59,681 nt of DNA, taken from a virus. Its lineage: Duplodnaviria > Caudoviricetes. The notes beneath the pieces were generated by a model. It had not been told where the DNA came from and did not search any database. It was given only the letters and a program-made list of their open reading frames with translations. The stretch covers positions 1 to 59,681 of IMG/VR virus record IMGVR_UViG_3300040816_000388. One strand, 5' to 3'. The translations under genes were made by a program, and so were the position numbers. Below, one piece after another: positions 28,070 through 38,729 of the stretch (its first letter is position 1; each line of letters starts with the position of its first letter).

Positions 28070-30363
28070 TATATTTTACAACTCTCGCAATCGTCATCAT
28101 CTAAAGATGACACCATGTTTACTTCTATTGTTTCTGTAGTGTCTTTATTTATATCAATTTCACCTTGACCATCAAACGTGTTATTATAATACATCTGCTT
28201 TCCACCATATTTATAAAAAGTTAAGATGTCTTTAATTAGTACACTTACTGGAACTTTTTCATCTTCAAAATATTCTGGATTATATGATGTGTTTACACTA
28301 ATACCTTGGTCAATATATTTTTGTAATACGGCCATAATCTTTAAGTACCCCTCTGGAGATTTTTGATCCCACAGCAAATCATACTTGTTCTTAAGTCTTG
28401 GATATCCAGGAACTACTTGTTTAAGTACACCATGTTTACTTTGTTTAATACTTACATAACTACGTGGTGGTTCAATACCATTTGTACTGTTACTAATCTG
28501 TGCTGATGTTTCAGCAGGCATAAGTGCCATTAGTGTTGAATTACGGATACCTGTTTCTTTAAGTTGCTTACGCAATCCTTTCCAATCCATACGTTCTTTA
28601 TTTTTAACTAATTCGTCAACGTCTTTTTTATATGTTTGGTTAGGTGTAATACCGTGTCCGTATTTAGTTTCCATTACACCTGGAATAGCACCTTTCTCAA
28701 TAGCCAAGTTTGCACTTGCTTTGATTAAGTAATAACTCCATGCTTCTGCATACTCATCAATCAATTCTAAATTAGGCTCTTGATAACTAGTATCATTTTT
28801 TGCTAACCAATATGCAAAGTTGATAATGCCGACACCGAGAGGGCGTCTCTTTTCAGTACTAAGTTCGGCGGCTAATACAGGATAACTTTGGTAATCCAAA
28901 AGTTCATCCAATGCTCTTACAGCCAGATCACAAATTTTTTCAAAGTCGTCTGGTTTCTTTATGACACCCCAATTTATCGCACTCAAAGTACATAGAGATA
29001 TCTCACCATCTCGGTCATCGGTATTACTTAAAGGTTTAGTAGGTAGGTCAATTTCACAACACAAATTACTTTGTTTGATTGGTGCTACATCTTCTATAAA
29101 TGCTCCATGTGTATTAGCATGGTCTACATTCATAAGATATATCCTACCCGTGTCTTTTCTTTCTTGCACAAACGACGAAAATAAATCCATAGCAGGAATA
29201 GTCTTTTTCCTAATATTTGTTTTACGTTCAGCCGCTTCATATAACTCTTTGAACTTGTCCTGATCTGCAAAAAAAGAATCATATAGTCCTGGCACATCAT
29301 GTGGCGAGAACAATGTGATGTTTTCACCACTAATGAGTCTTTCATACATCAGTTTATTAAATTGCACACCATAATCCATATGGCGTACTCTGTTGTCTTC
29401 TGTTCCTTTATTGTTCTTTAATACTAGTAAGTCTTCAACTTCTAAATGCCAAATAGGATAGTATAGTGTTGCCGCTCCACCACGTACTCCACCTTGTGAG
29501 CATGACTTAACTGCTGATTGGAATAGTTTATAGAAGGGGATAACTCCTGTGTGAGTTGCGTCTCCACTCCTGATAGGCGAGCCTACTGCTCTTATACTTC
29601 CAGCACCAATGCCAATACCTGCCTTCTGGCTAACGTATTTTACAATACTACTTGCTGTAGCATTGATACTATCTAAACTGTCATCTGTTTCAATTAGTAC
29701 ACAACTACTGAATTGTCTTTGTGGTGTTCTAACACCTGCCATGACTGGAGTAGGTAAACTAATTTTAAATGTACTAATAGCATCATAATATCCCTTAATA
29801 TATTTCATTCTTGTATCAGCAGGATATTTTGCAAACAATGTTGCCGCAATCATCATATATGCAACTTGTGGAGTTTCAAAAATTTGTCCTGTTGATCTAT
29901 TTTGTACCAGATACTTGCCACGGAATTGTTCCATAGCCGCATAAGTGAGATACTCGTCTCTGTTATGGTCTATAAAACTTTGTAATTCGTTGATTTCATC
30001 TTTTGTGTATAGATCTAAAAATTCTGCATCATACATTCCATCATCAACATTCTTTTGAATAATATCACACAGACATGGAGGTTCAAACTCACCATATACC
30101 ATTTTACGCAAATGATAACTGATTAGTCTACCAGCAACATACTGATAGTTAGGTGCTTCTTCAGAAATAAGATCAGCGGCACTTTTAATAAGTGTCTCTT
30201 GAATATCTTCTGTTTTGATTGACTCGAAAAATTGAATTTGAGAATTGATTTCTACTTCACTAGCACTTACGCCAGTGATACCTTCACATGCATAAGCAAC
30301 TACTTTATGCAACTTGTCTATGTTTATGTCTTCTAGTTTGCCGTCTCTTTTTTCTACTTGCAT
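28069..30363 (-). CDS. nrdA: Ribonucleotide reductase class Ia alpha subunit (ATP cone)
   Basis: VEKRDG, QFSSCVL, QGGVRGG, SNLCCEI, CTLSA, MPAETS, terminal CESCKI. Confidence 0.97.
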   Translation of the reverse strand: MQVEKRDGKLEDINIDKLHKVVAYACEGITGVSASEVEINSQIQFFESIKTEDIQETLIKSAADLISEEAPNYQYVAGRLISYHLRKMVYGEFEPPCLCDIIQKNVDDGMYDAEFLDLYTKDEINELQSFIDHNRDEYLTYAAMEQFRGKYLVQNRSTGQIFETPQVAYMMIAATLFAKYPADTRMKYIKGYYDAISTFKISLPTPVMAGVRTPQRQFSSCVLIETDDSLDSINATASSIVKYVSQKAGIGIGAGSIRAVGSPIRSGDATHTGVIPFYKLFQSAVKSCSQGGVRGGAATLYYPIWHLEVEDLLVLKNNKGTEDNRVRHMDYGVQFNKLMYERLISGENITLFSPHDVPGLYDSFFADQDKFKELYEAAERKTNIRKKTIPAMDLFSSFVQERKDTGRIYLMNVDHANTHGAFIEDVAPIKQSNLCCEIDLPTKPLSNTDDRDGEISLCTLSAINWGVIKKPDDFEKICDLAVRALDELLDYQSYPVLAAELSTEKRRPLGVGIINFAYWLAKNDTSYQEPNLELIDEYAEAWSYYLIKASANLAIEKGAIPGVMETKYGHGITPNQTYKKDVDELVKNKERMDWKGLRKQLKETGIRNSTLMALMPAETSAQISNSTNGIEPPRSYVSIKQSKHGVLKQVVPGYPRLKNKYDLLWDQKSPEGYLKIMAVLQKYIDQGISVNTSYNPEYFEDEKVPVSVLIKDILTFYKYGGKQMYYNNTFDGQGEIDINKDTTETIEVNMVSSLDDDDCESCKI

Positions 30364-30389
30364 GTGTTTTTATCCAAAGTGTGTTCTAC

Positions 30390-30418
30390 ATTATAACACT
30401 AACGTATTACAATGTCAA
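30390..30418 (-). promoter_or_regulatory. Sigma70-type promoter TTGACA-17-TATAAT upstream of nrdA
   Basis: Perfect consensus plus extended -10. Confidence 0.8.
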
Positions 30419-30421
30419 TAA

Positions 30422-30847
30422 TTAAATTATTGGTATATATAAATTTTTAAAAGTGGTCAATTCTACATAGTAATCTTTTGCTATGTCAATTGGTACTGGC
30501 TTTGAGGTATCTAGATTATACATATTTTCATTATGTACAAAGACTGCACCGTCAAATCCATTCATGCTATTACTTATCACTTTCCATTCTGTTTCATATG
30601 GATTTAGGTAATCTAAATGGCCGAGTAATTGGTACAATAATATGGATATGCCCGTAGTACAAAAATAGCCATGCTCTAAGATTTCAAACGGCTTTGGCCA
30701 GGACTTAGGAGTCCAATAATCTATGTATCTAGAACGTGGTTTTATCTCGCCGAAGTGCTCGAGTATTTTGGATTTTGAAAGTTTGCTTGTTCGTAACTCT
30801 CGGTATTGTTCTAATCTAGTCGCAACTGTAGTGTGTTTTTCAAACAT
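30422..30847 (-). CDS. Hypothetical protein (transglutaminase-like motif possible)
   Basis: DYWTPKSWPKPFEIL..GYFC. Confidence 0.55.
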   Translation of the reverse strand: MFEKHTTVATRLEQYRELRTSKLSKSKILEHFGEIKPRSRYIDYWTPKSWPKPFEILEHGYFCTTGISILLYQLLGHLDYLNPYETEWKVISNSMNGFDGAVFVHNENMYNLDTSKPVPIDIAKDYYVELTTFKNLYIPII

Positions 30848-30860
30848 TTAAAATCCTGTT

Positions 30861-33476
30861 TTAGTAGGATTTCCATCTTCTAGTAATATACTTCATTGTA
30901 ACATTACTAGGAGTAGGAGATAATGATATGTTAGAACTAATTGCTACAGTACCACTTGATATAGAACCAGTAAACTTAATACCGTCATTTATATCTACGC
31001 CAGTGTCTGCAAATTCAGTACCAATATCATTTATAACAACTGAACCATTACCACCATCTGCCAATGGATTAGCAACATATTGTAATGTGCCTACTTTATT
31101 GTAAAAGTCGCCTCCTGGCATTCTTGCGTCTAGTACATAGTCAAACATCATGGTATCTATAATACTTGAATCTGTACCTAGTGAAGATACAACAATTTCT
31201 GTATTTGGTGATGAAGTGTCTAATAGCAATTCATTTGGTTCACTGTATTCAATTGTGCTTGAACGAGCCTCTTGAGCTTCTGTAGTCAATAACTCGATAT
31301 TTGTTTTGATTGTTGCAAGTCCTTTGATATTAGAATCTGATTTATCAAAGTATAACTTGTTTACTATTTCTGAGAAGTTACCTGATTCCTCGTGACCGTC
31401 AAAATCAATCTCTCCGGTTGTACTGTTTACATCTAAATCGTAAGTACCAAACTGTGTACTAACAAAAGGAGAGTTTACAAACACATTACTTAAAATATTA
31501 TGTCTATCAGATGCCTCATTAAATAAAGACTCTAACCATTCTTCTAATTTTGCTTTTACAGTAGTATTCTGTTTTAAGTATTTGTTATTAGTTGATGTAT
31601 TTAAGTTTATACCTATATTGCCCCATGAACTAATTCCATCTGCTGGGTCATTAAACAATAAGTATTCTTTTTGATCTGAACTTCTCACATAAGTTTTATC
31701 TGTGCTATTGGGTATCAAACTCATCTTAATCCAATCACCATCTGCGTTTACTTTTTGGATAGCACCATTAAGTGTTGTTTCGCCACTTAAACTAATGTAT
31801 CTACCTGGAGACACTACCATGTTATCACTTGTTGTAATACTTGATGGAATTTCTGGAGATACATTACCAAGTACACTAGTACCAGCAACATTAGGTGTGA
31901 TGTTACCAGTTCGTTGAATAACAAACGTATTTGGTTGACTATCAGAGATTGTGAAAGTTGTATTGTTTATTTCTGCGGTGTCATCTGAACCACTAACTGT
32001 TATTACATCACCATTTGCAAATCCATGATTTTGACTGTAAAGTTGGACTTCATCTGTGTTAGTTTTTAAATTTATAAACGTAACACCTGCTGTGATGTTG
32101 GCACTTAAACCTGGATCTGTTACAGTAAATGATGTACCACTTGCATTTTCTACCGTATATTCACTTGTACCAATTTCTGTATTACCATTAAATTTAACTT
32201 TATCGCCATTTACAACAGAACCTGATAAACCAGTAATGTCTATTACTAAATTACCACTACTAATGGTTACATTGTTTACAGTTTGTCCTGTAACAAAAGC
32301 ATTAGCAGGAACATCTACTGTGAATGTTGTACTTGCATTTGCACTTGAAATAGGTAATAATTTTTGGTTTAACCAACCGATTGCTGTATTACTACTTGCA
32401 CTAGTACCTTCTACCCATATAAAAGAATTAGTACCTGTTGTTTTTGTACCGCTTAAATCTAATACAGTTGAACCTGTATTAAATGTAATTGTTGTAGCAT
32501 TTGATGTAGCACTTGCAACTGTGCCTGTGTATGTAGATGCATTGTAAGTTGCACTACCACCAAACAATGCTTGGTCTAAAGGATTCTTTACACCAATAAC
32601 ACCACCTGCTGAAATTAAACTTACATTACTTACTGCATCACTACCTAAACCAGCAACAACATCTAAATGTTTTGTATCTAAACCTAACCAGCCAGTTCCT
32701 GTTTCGTTGTTTACTAAAATATATTCATGGTTTAGTTTTTGCCAATCTTCAATACCTTTTGCAGTATAAAAACCTTGTGTGCTTGAACCGTTAGTAACAA
32801 TACCACTTGCTGTAAGTAAATGTATTACTTGTGCATTACCATAATATGTAATACTAACATCTTGACTATTAGTTGGTGCTGTTCTCATGTACAACGTGTG
32901 ACTGTCATTTAATGCATTACCACTTACAAAGTTGTAATCAAATGCGGCATTTACGTTTGCATTAGTTCCGTCATTATCACCTATTTGAGTAACACCGTCA
33001 ATGATAACTGTGATATCATTGGATTGAAATTTTTGATTGGAGATATTTTGATTTATAATAGAATTTGCATTTCCAGTTATTTCGCTACCAAATGTTTCTC
33101 TGGTTATTGAATCACCAGTTGAAATAGTATATGTAGAACTTGTATTTGCTTTCCAACTAACCGACTTGCTTACACCGTCAAAAGTGTTAGAGCCTTTAGG
33201 AAATCTAATATGAGGAACTTCAAATTTCAGTATTTGACTGTTAGCCAATGCTATAGTAGAGTCTTGAGCATTTTGTGTTGTCTCAAATACTACTGTTTTG
33301 TTATAATTATTACTTACAGGATCGCTTGTATCAGCACCAATATAAATTTGTCTGCTGTCTGTAGCAAAACCAATTTCTCCAGGTCGTAAAGGTTGAGGAA
33401 GATCTTGCTTAAGACCTCGCCTTTGCTGGATTCTACTTATTATAACTTTTAAATTTGCATCGTCTTGGTGTGACAC
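30861..33476 (-). CDS. Tail fibre / structural protein with Mtd-N-like N-terminus
   Basis: SRIQQRRGLKQDLPQPLRPGEIGFATDSRQIYIG; S/T/N/G-rich beta body; HGFANGDVITVSG; late promoter 33507..33515. Confidence 0.75.
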   Translation of the reverse strand: MSHQDDANLKVIISRIQQRRGLKQDLPQPLRPGEIGFATDSRQIYIGADTSDPVSNNYNKTVVFETTQNAQDSTIALANSQILKFEVPHIRFPKGSNTFDGVSKSVSWKANTSSTYTISTGDSITRETFGSEITGNANSIINQNISNQKFQSNDITVIIDGVTQIGDNDGTNANVNAAFDYNFVSGNALNDSHTLYMRTAPTNSQDVSITYYGNAQVIHLLTASGIVTNGSSTQGFYTAKGIEDWQKLNHEYILVNNETGTGWLGLDTKHLDVVAGLGSDAVSNVSLISAGGVIGVKNPLDQALFGGSATYNASTYTGTVASATSNATTITFNTGSTVLDLSGTKTTGTNSFIWVEGTSASSNTAIGWLNQKLLPISSANASTTFTVDVPANAFVTGQTVNNVTISSGNLVIDITGLSGSVVNGDKVKFNGNTEIGTSEYTVENASGTSFTVTDPGLSANITAGVTFINLKTNTDEVQLYSQNHGFANGDVITVSGSDDTAEINNTTFTISDSQPNTFVIQRTGNITPNVAGTSVLGNVSPEIPSSITTSDNMVVSPGRYISLSGETTLNGAIQKVNADGDWIKMSLIPNSTDKTYVRSSDQKEYLLFNDPADGISSWGNIGINLNTSTNNKYLKQNTTVKAKLEEWLESLFNEASDRHNILSNVFVNSPFVSTQFGTYDLDVNSTTGEIDFDGHEESGNFSEIVNKLYFDKSDSNIKGLATIKTNIELLTTEAQEARSSTIEYSEPNELLLDTSSPNTEIVVSSLGTDSSIIDTMMFDYVLDARMPGGDFYNKVGTLQYVANPLADGGNGSVVINDIGTEFADTGVDINDGIKFTGSISSGTVAISSNISLSPTPSNVTMKYITRRWKSY

Positions 33477-33533
33477 TATGTAATCTCCAAATACTTTTTA
33501 TAAATGTATTTATCACTTTAAGCAAATTAGGGA

Positions 33534-34550
33534 TTATATCTTACATAGCCTTTTGCCAATATTACCTTCAAATCCTTTAAAATGACCTACAAATTGTGCT
33601 GGCATACTTTCTAAACCATGTGTTAGTGTACTTAAACATTTAATTTTAGTTTTGTTAAAGAAACTTTGTAGTTCTTGATTCCACTCATTACTAAAGGTAG
33701 TGTTTTTTGCTGAAAAATTACAACCACGTATTGTTGCATCATTGTAGATCACCGCACCTAGATTTGGACCAGGACCATGAGAAGCATCATTGTAATGTTT
33801 CATTGCTCCACATAATACAAGAGTTCCGCCGTATGCTAGATTTTGTAATCCTGCTAATGTATAATCATTGCCAACATTAGCATGGTAATAATCAAACTTT
33901 TCACCTATATCATTGTATGCTTTTAATTTTTTTTGCAGTGGCCAATCGGGTAAAACTTTAATACCAATACCACCAAGGTTATTTATTGTTGATACTTTTT
34001 CATCAGTACTAGTAATACCATAAACTTTTGCACCTTTAGATACTGCTATCTGTACTGCTAGGTGTCCTACACCTCCAGTTGCTCCATCTATTCCTAATAC
34101 ATCTCCTTGTTGGATGTTACATACATTAGCAATGCTGTAGTATGATGTCCTACCAACTAAACTAAATGCTGTTGCAAAACGTATAAGTGATTCATCTAAA
34201 TTATCTAAGTCTGGATCAACTTTAAGTACTGCTGTAGTATCTTTACATATACCATATTCTCTCCAACCTTTATTATGCCATACATAGGTTCCAACTGGGT
34301 AATCAGCACATTTACTTTCTACAACTATGCCAATAGATTCTCCATATAAAGGAGCATCAGGCTCCATTCTGAAAAAACCACCCTCAAAGCCCATATTTGA
34401 TCTCATAAAAGGATCAGTGCTACAATATAAATTTTTAACTAAAAATTCACCTAATTCTATTTCAGGCAATTCTACATCAACAATGTTAAAATCATTTTCT
34501 GATACATGTTGGGATAGTTTATATTTTAAATGTATTTCTTTTGAAATCAT
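33534..34550 (-). CDS. NADP-dependent MDR oxidoreductase (PTGR/CurA-like enone reductase)
   Basis: LVKNLYCSTDPFMR, GWREY, GATGGVG, NVG, CGAM, NIGK. Confidence 0.85.
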   Translation of the reverse strand: MISKEIHLKYKLSQHVSENDFNIVDVELPEIELGEFLVKNLYCSTDPFMRSNMGFEGGFFRMEPDAPLYGESIGIVVESKCADYPVGTYVWHNKGWREYGICKDTTAVLKVDPDLDNLDESLIRFATAFSLVGRTSYYSIANVCNIQQGDVLGIDGATGGVGHLAVQIAVSKGAKVYGITSTDEKVSTINNLGGIGIKVLPDWPLQKKLKAYNDIGEKFDYYHANVGNDYTLAGLQNLAYGGTLVLCGAMKHYNDASHGPGPNLGAVIYNDATIRGCNFSAKNTTFSNEWNQELQSFFNKTKIKCLSTLTHGLESMPAQFVGHFKGFEGNIGKRLCKI

Positions 34551-35221
34551 ATTTTATTGTAATATTGAGCTAGACGGTCTGCCCATTTCCCACAATATTG
34601 TTCAAACTCATCGCCTTCTATAACAAAGTCAGCATACTTGCCTTCTCTGTCTACCATTAAGATAGCAACTTGTTTAATTTGTGTACCAAACATTTCATTA
34701 TGTGCTAGTGCGTATGCACAACCTTGCAAAAAGTAATCTTCGATCCACTCTCTTTTTTTAATCTTCTTAGCAGTTTTAAAATCAATTATGCTGTCAACAC
34801 CATTAAACTTACCTACTGCATCACTTGTACCTGCATATAATCCTTTTGCAATCAAGGCTACTTCTACACCCCATACTTCATCAACTTGGCTTAAACCTTT
34901 TGCTATCATTTCTTCTAACATTGATTTAGCCATTATGCTGATATGGTTAGTACCTGATATTTTATACTCTTCTTGTAACACATATTTTTCTAAAGCATTA
35001 TGTACTTTAGTACCAAGTCCTGCGGCTTCTCTACTTACACGGTTTGCTTCTTCTTCGCCTACACGTTTACGCCAATTCATTAGTGCTGTTTTATCACCAG
35101 TATCGCCTAATACAGTGGTTACACTTGGCACTGGTTGATCATCATCACCAGTATATTGCCTTTGACCATTTTTGGCTGTAACCCTTTTAAGTGTTGGGTA
35201 TTCAAACTTTTCTACTAACAT
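34547..35221 (-). CDS. PD-(D/E)XK exonuclease
   Basis: PSVTTVL, GTKVH, E, AGTSD, IIDFKT, Q..AYA. Confidence 0.85.
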   Translation of the reverse strand: MLVEKFEYPTLKRVTAKNGQRQYTGDDDQPVPSVTTVLGDTGDKTALMNWRKRVGEEEANRVSREAAGLGTKVHNALEKYVLQEEYKISGTNHISIMAKSMLEEMIAKGLSQVDEVWGVEVALIAKGLYAGTSDAVGKFNGVDSIIDFKTAKKIKKREWIEDYFLQGCAYALAHNEMFGTQIKQVAILMVDREGKYADFVIEGDEFEQYCGKWADRLAQYYNKI

Positions 35222-35240
35222 TTATTTGTCCTCAATTTAT

Positions 35241-35269
35241 ATTATACACTATATTGCTTTAGTTGTCAA
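35241..35269 (-). promoter_or_regulatory. Sigma70-type promoter TTGACA-17-TATAAT
   Basis: Perfect consensus upstream of the exonuclease (GAGG SD). Confidence 0.8.
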
Positions 35270-36361
35270 CATGTATTCTGCTATTTTATCATGCCATAAT
35301 ATGCCAAAGTGTTGATGGTCTCTAGCAATATGTTTAGGCCATTCTGTTATATCAGCATTGCATTCATTTACTATTTTAACGCCTTTAATCATATTTTTGA
35401 ATACAAACATCCAGTTAGGAACATATAATTCATTTTCTGTACACCAAGTAACAGTAGCAAAAGTATTTTTATCAAATAAACGTACTTCAATATTGTTTAA
35501 TAAACAAAAATTTATAATGCTTTGTACTGCTACCCATCTATACATCTGTCTTGTATTATTATTTAAAACAATGTCAGAATGTTCAAACTGCTTTAGAAAC
35601 CAATGTTTTGCCGGAGTTAAGCCTTCAACCATACCTTTATCTGAAACTGCTGTAAATCTTTCTGAATGTGGAATGCAAATATATGTTTTCTTAAACTTTT
35701 TAGTTTTGTACATAGATACTAAAAGCATATATACATCCATTAAACTTCCACATATAGTACCAGCATTATAAATTGGTAATTCTTCTTTTAATTTACTGTG
35801 CCAAAGTTCACTTACAGGCAAACCCATGCCAACAGTATTGCTGTCTCCAAACACAGGTATAAATTCATTTTCTGTTAAATCGTCAAAATCAAAATCATTA
35901 CGATTGCCTTGCTTGTTTAATTTGTATGTAATTTTAGGGAATTGATCATACCAGCCTTGTTTATCAATGTTAAGTAAATCTTTATACTTGTATGTTTGTT
36001 CATGTACACGTTTATACAAACGTTTGGTTATAGGATCAAGTGTATTTTCATCAAAGTCTTTAGTAAATGCTGGACTACTTAGTGACATTTTTAAATCTTC
36101 TATTTGCTCATTTGCAACATCTAAACTTAAATAAGGAACTTCGGTTGGTAATTTTTCTACTTGTACAGTATACTCGTTATTTTGTTCTCTACGCATCTGT
36201 AGTGTAGTTTCTAAAAATTCCTCGTCTTTGTAATTATCAGGATCTCCGCCTCTAGTAATAGCCTTGTTAAATTTAAGTGCCATTTCAGAATAAGTTACAT
36301 TGAATTGTTCAAAGTATTCTTTATCGAGGTGCTGAGCCGCACGAAGTAATCTATCATCCAT
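35249..36361 (-). CDS. SGNH-like protein
   Basis: YKLNKQGNR, FGDSNTVGMG, ARDHQHFG..WH; start moved to ATG 36361 (AATAAATA 5 nt upstream). Confidence 0.6.
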   Translation of the reverse strand: MDDRLLRAAQHLDKEYFEQFNVTYSEMALKFNKAITRGGDPDNYKDEEFLETTLQMRREQNNEYTVQVEKLPTEVPYLSLDVANEQIEDLKMSLSSPAFTKDFDENTLDPITKRLYKRVHEQTYKYKDLLNIDKQGWYDQFPKITYKLNKQGNRNDFDFDDLTENEFIPVFGDSNTVGMGLPVSELWHSKLKEELPIYNAGTICGSLMDVYMLLVSMYKTKKFKKTYICIPHSERFTAVSDKGMVEGLTPAKHWFLKQFEHSDIVLNNNTRQMYRWVAVQSIINFCLLNNIEVRLFDKNTFATVTWCTENELYVPNWMFVFKNMIKGVKIVNECNADITEWPKHIARDHQHFGILWHDKIAEYMLTTKAI

Positions 36362-36380
36362 GTCTATATTTATTGGAGTA

Positions 36381-36725
36381 TTATTGTGGGAGGTCGTCTT
36401 TAACGGCAGACATCGCCTGGTCGCCGGCCATAGCACCAACATCAACTTGGTCTAATTCTTGCTCTGGGTCAACCATATCATTTGGTATTTTGCCTTTAGG
36501 TGTAATAGTATCAACAGTTGCACTTTGTACTACGTCCATTTGCTCTAAAGCCTTGACTAATTCTTCGGCACTCATTAGGAAACCGTCACTTGCTAGAGCG
36601 TCTCTAAATTCTTCTGTGGATATTTCGTTTTTGTCTGAACCTACAAACTGTGCTAATCTATCAAGTACTGCTACTTTAAGATCATCAAAGTATGCTTCAA
36701 ATAGCAATACTTCAAATATTTTCAT
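36381..36725 (-). CDS. Putative head-associated protein
   Basis: Leader MKIFEVLLFEA; acidic. Confidence 0.55.
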   Translation of the reverse strand: MKIFEVLLFEAYFDDLKVAVLDRLAQFVGSDKNEISTEEFRDALASDGFLMSAEELVKALEQMDVVQSATVDTITPKGKIPNDMVDPEQELDQVDVGAMAGDQAMSAVKDDLPQ

Positions 36726-36726
36726 G

Positions 36727-38004
36727 TTACACCTCTACTGGTGCTCTACCTAATGGCTCTTCCTCTGGTCCTGCCGCGGCTGGTAGATTATCTACTGGTT
36801 CATCCATTGGCATGTCATCTGCTGGCATATCCATTGGTGCTTCAGAATTGCCTAACCCCATATCACCTGCTGGAGCACTTGCAGGTGCTTCGCCTGTTAT
36901 AGTTCCAATAGCATTGTCCATCTCTGCTTTAGTAGATTTAGAATTACCTAAGTGTGCCTCTAGAGCGGCGTTCATGGCATTACCAAAACTTTGAGCCGCC
37001 TCTGCACCAAACTCTGCTCTCATTTGATCAGCAATAGCAGGAATATCTTCATTTTGCATTCTACCAAGTCTTTCAATTTGATCTTGAATATCATCACTTA
37101 ATGCTCTTGCCGCCATCACAACTTCTGCTTCTTCAACTGTTGATTCTGAAATCATATCATCAATGATATCATCAAACATGCTTTCTTTTGCTTGTTTCTT
37201 TTCGTCTTTAGTATCGCCTGTTATTTTGTAAGTTTCGCCGTCTACTTCAAACTCCTCTTTACCTTGTGCAATTGCGTCTTTTCTTGCACCTGTAAATTTG
37301 TTTTGCTCTGATACTTTCTTGCCAAACATTTGAATACCATTGCCTACAGCATCTTCTTCTAAACCGTTTAGGAAGCCAACGACTGCATCTCTGCTTTTGC
37401 CACTTACTTCTGCAAACATACCTAGTTTTTCTTCAATTGCTTTTAATGTATCTACACTGTCTAATTCCATTCCAACTTCTCTAGCCATTTCTTTAAATAA
37501 AAATTCGCCAATATCAGTTGATGGGAATGTAGGTACGTCTTCAGTTTTCATACCACAGGCTTCCATGTAATCTTTAGCCGCTTTAAGTACGATTGGTAAA
37601 ACAAATTCATCATCATGTGCAAATCGGGAATCTTGTCTGAATCTGTTCATGCATTCTGCACTTGCTTCGTCTACTGTATAGCCACTATCCATAAGTTGTT
37701 GAATACCATCATTGATCATTTGTTTCATTTCTTGCATTGCAGGACTTTCAACATACATGCCTTCTTCAAGCATAACATCAATAACGTCTTTAACACCTAA
37801 GTACTTTGCATACTCTGGATCTAAGTTAAACTTCTTGTTAGTATTTCTCAATCTAACAACATGGGCTTCAGCCTGTTCTCTTACGTTTTCTAGTTTATTT
37901 CTAGAATGAAACCCAGTGATTTTAACACCGTGATTTTCTTTGAGGTATCCATTAAGTTCTTTAAACTTAGCACTACCTGTTTTTTTGAAATTTGTAATTC
38001 TCAT
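36727..38004 (-). CDS. Putative prohead core/scaffold-like protein
   Basis: Acidic, helical, E-rich; late promoter 38038..38046. Confidence 0.5.
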   Translation of the reverse strand: MRITNFKKTGSAKFKELNGYLKENHGVKITGFHSRNKLENVREQAEAHVVRLRNTNKKFNLDPEYAKYLGVKDVIDVMLEEGMYVESPAMQEMKQMINDGIQQLMDSGYTVDEASAECMNRFRQDSRFAHDDEFVLPIVLKAAKDYMEACGMKTEDVPTFPSTDIGEFLFKEMAREVGMELDSVDTLKAIEEKLGMFAEVSGKSRDAVVGFLNGLEEDAVGNGIQMFGKKVSEQNKFTGARKDAIAQGKEEFEVDGETYKITGDTKDEKKQAKESMFDDIIDDMISESTVEEAEVVMAARALSDDIQDQIERLGRMQNEDIPAIADQMRAEFGAEAAQSFGNAMNAALEAHLGNSKSTKAEMDNAIGTITGEAPASAPAGDMGLGNSEAPMDMPADDMPMDEPVDNLPAAAGPEEEPLGRAPVEV

Positions 38005-38061
38005 AATTATTCCCGATAAAATTATAATTGTTAAATGTATTTATCAAAAACATCAAAAAAA

Positions 38062-38556
38062 TTACATCTTTTTGTAATCGATTACTTCTGTGAACTGGTT
38101 TTGAATTTGGCACATCATGTCATCCTTTACTTTATAGTAGTAATTTAGTGACATATCCTTTCTTGCTTCTGTGATAATTAGTTTATCTATGTCTTTGGTT
38201 GTTCTAATTGTGTAGTTGTAAAAAAATAAATCATTTATATGTTTGTTTAGTTCTCTACCATTCTTAGTTAAGACATTTTCTATAGTGCCTTTTACTTTAT
38301 TGATTTTTGTTTTAGATGTAGTATTGCAAAGTTTAACAATCATTTGGGCCGCTTCTGATATAGGTATCTCTTTAAAGATTGGCTTTTTAGTTGTGCTGTC
38401 AACTACAGAAAAATATTTTTCTTTATTACCACTAACAAAATAAAGGTTGCGTTTGCTTATACTCTTAACAGCATTATCAAGTTTATTGACTAATTCTGCT
38501 TTTTTCTTTTTAGAGAGTTTCTTGTTGAGGGTAGATTTTGTATTTTGTTTTACCAT
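38062..38556 (-). CDS. Basic hypothetical protein
   Basis: K-rich ORF. Confidence 0.55.
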   Translation of the reverse strand: MVKQNTKSTLNKKLSKKKKAELVNKLDNAVKSISKRNLYFVSGNKEKYFSVVDSTTKKPIFKEIPISEAAQMIVKLCNTTSKTKINKVKGTIENVLTKNGRELNKHINDLFFYNYTIRTTKDIDKLIITEARKDMSLNYYYKVKDDMMCQIQNQFTEVIDYKKM

Positions 38557-38728
38557 TGTCATTTACTTTAAGTACCAATCCACGTTGTCTGAGATTGCTT
38601 GCCATATGCAATTCTTTTTCTTGCAGGTCTACTTCATATATACCTTTTTCGTGCTTTAATTTATCAAAAAAGCGGAATTCATTTGAACTGACAACCGTTA
38701 GACCATGTTTGTTTTTAAGCATTTTCAT
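38510..38728 (-). CDS. Small hypothetical protein (possibly winged helix)
   Basis: 72 aa; LQEKELHMASNLRQRGLV. Confidence 0.55.
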   Translation of the reverse strand: MKMLKNKHGLTVVSSNEFRFFDKLKHEKGIYEVDLQEKELHMASNLRQRGLVLKVNDNGKTKYKIYPQQETL

Positions 38729-38729
38729 G

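Noticed and set aside
26972-30363. Possible introns, inteins or homing endonucleases in nrdA/nrdB
   Set aside because: Both ORFs are continuous and of normal length
30861-33476. Mtd-N-like start suggesting a diversity-generating retroelement
   Set aside because: No reverse transcriptase and no template/variable repeat pair seen in the window; the N-terminal domain is a common fibre attachment module
34547-35221. Cas4-like nuclease suggesting CRISPR
   Set aside because: No four-Cys Fe-S cluster, no other cas genes and no repeat-spacer array found
36362-36445. ORF-track N-terminal extensions (also 11047..11112, 38916..38981, 48294..48359, 48700..48732, 51019..51045)
   Set aside because: They overlap upstream genes, tRNAs or promoter motifs; downstream ATGs fit the promoter/SD context better
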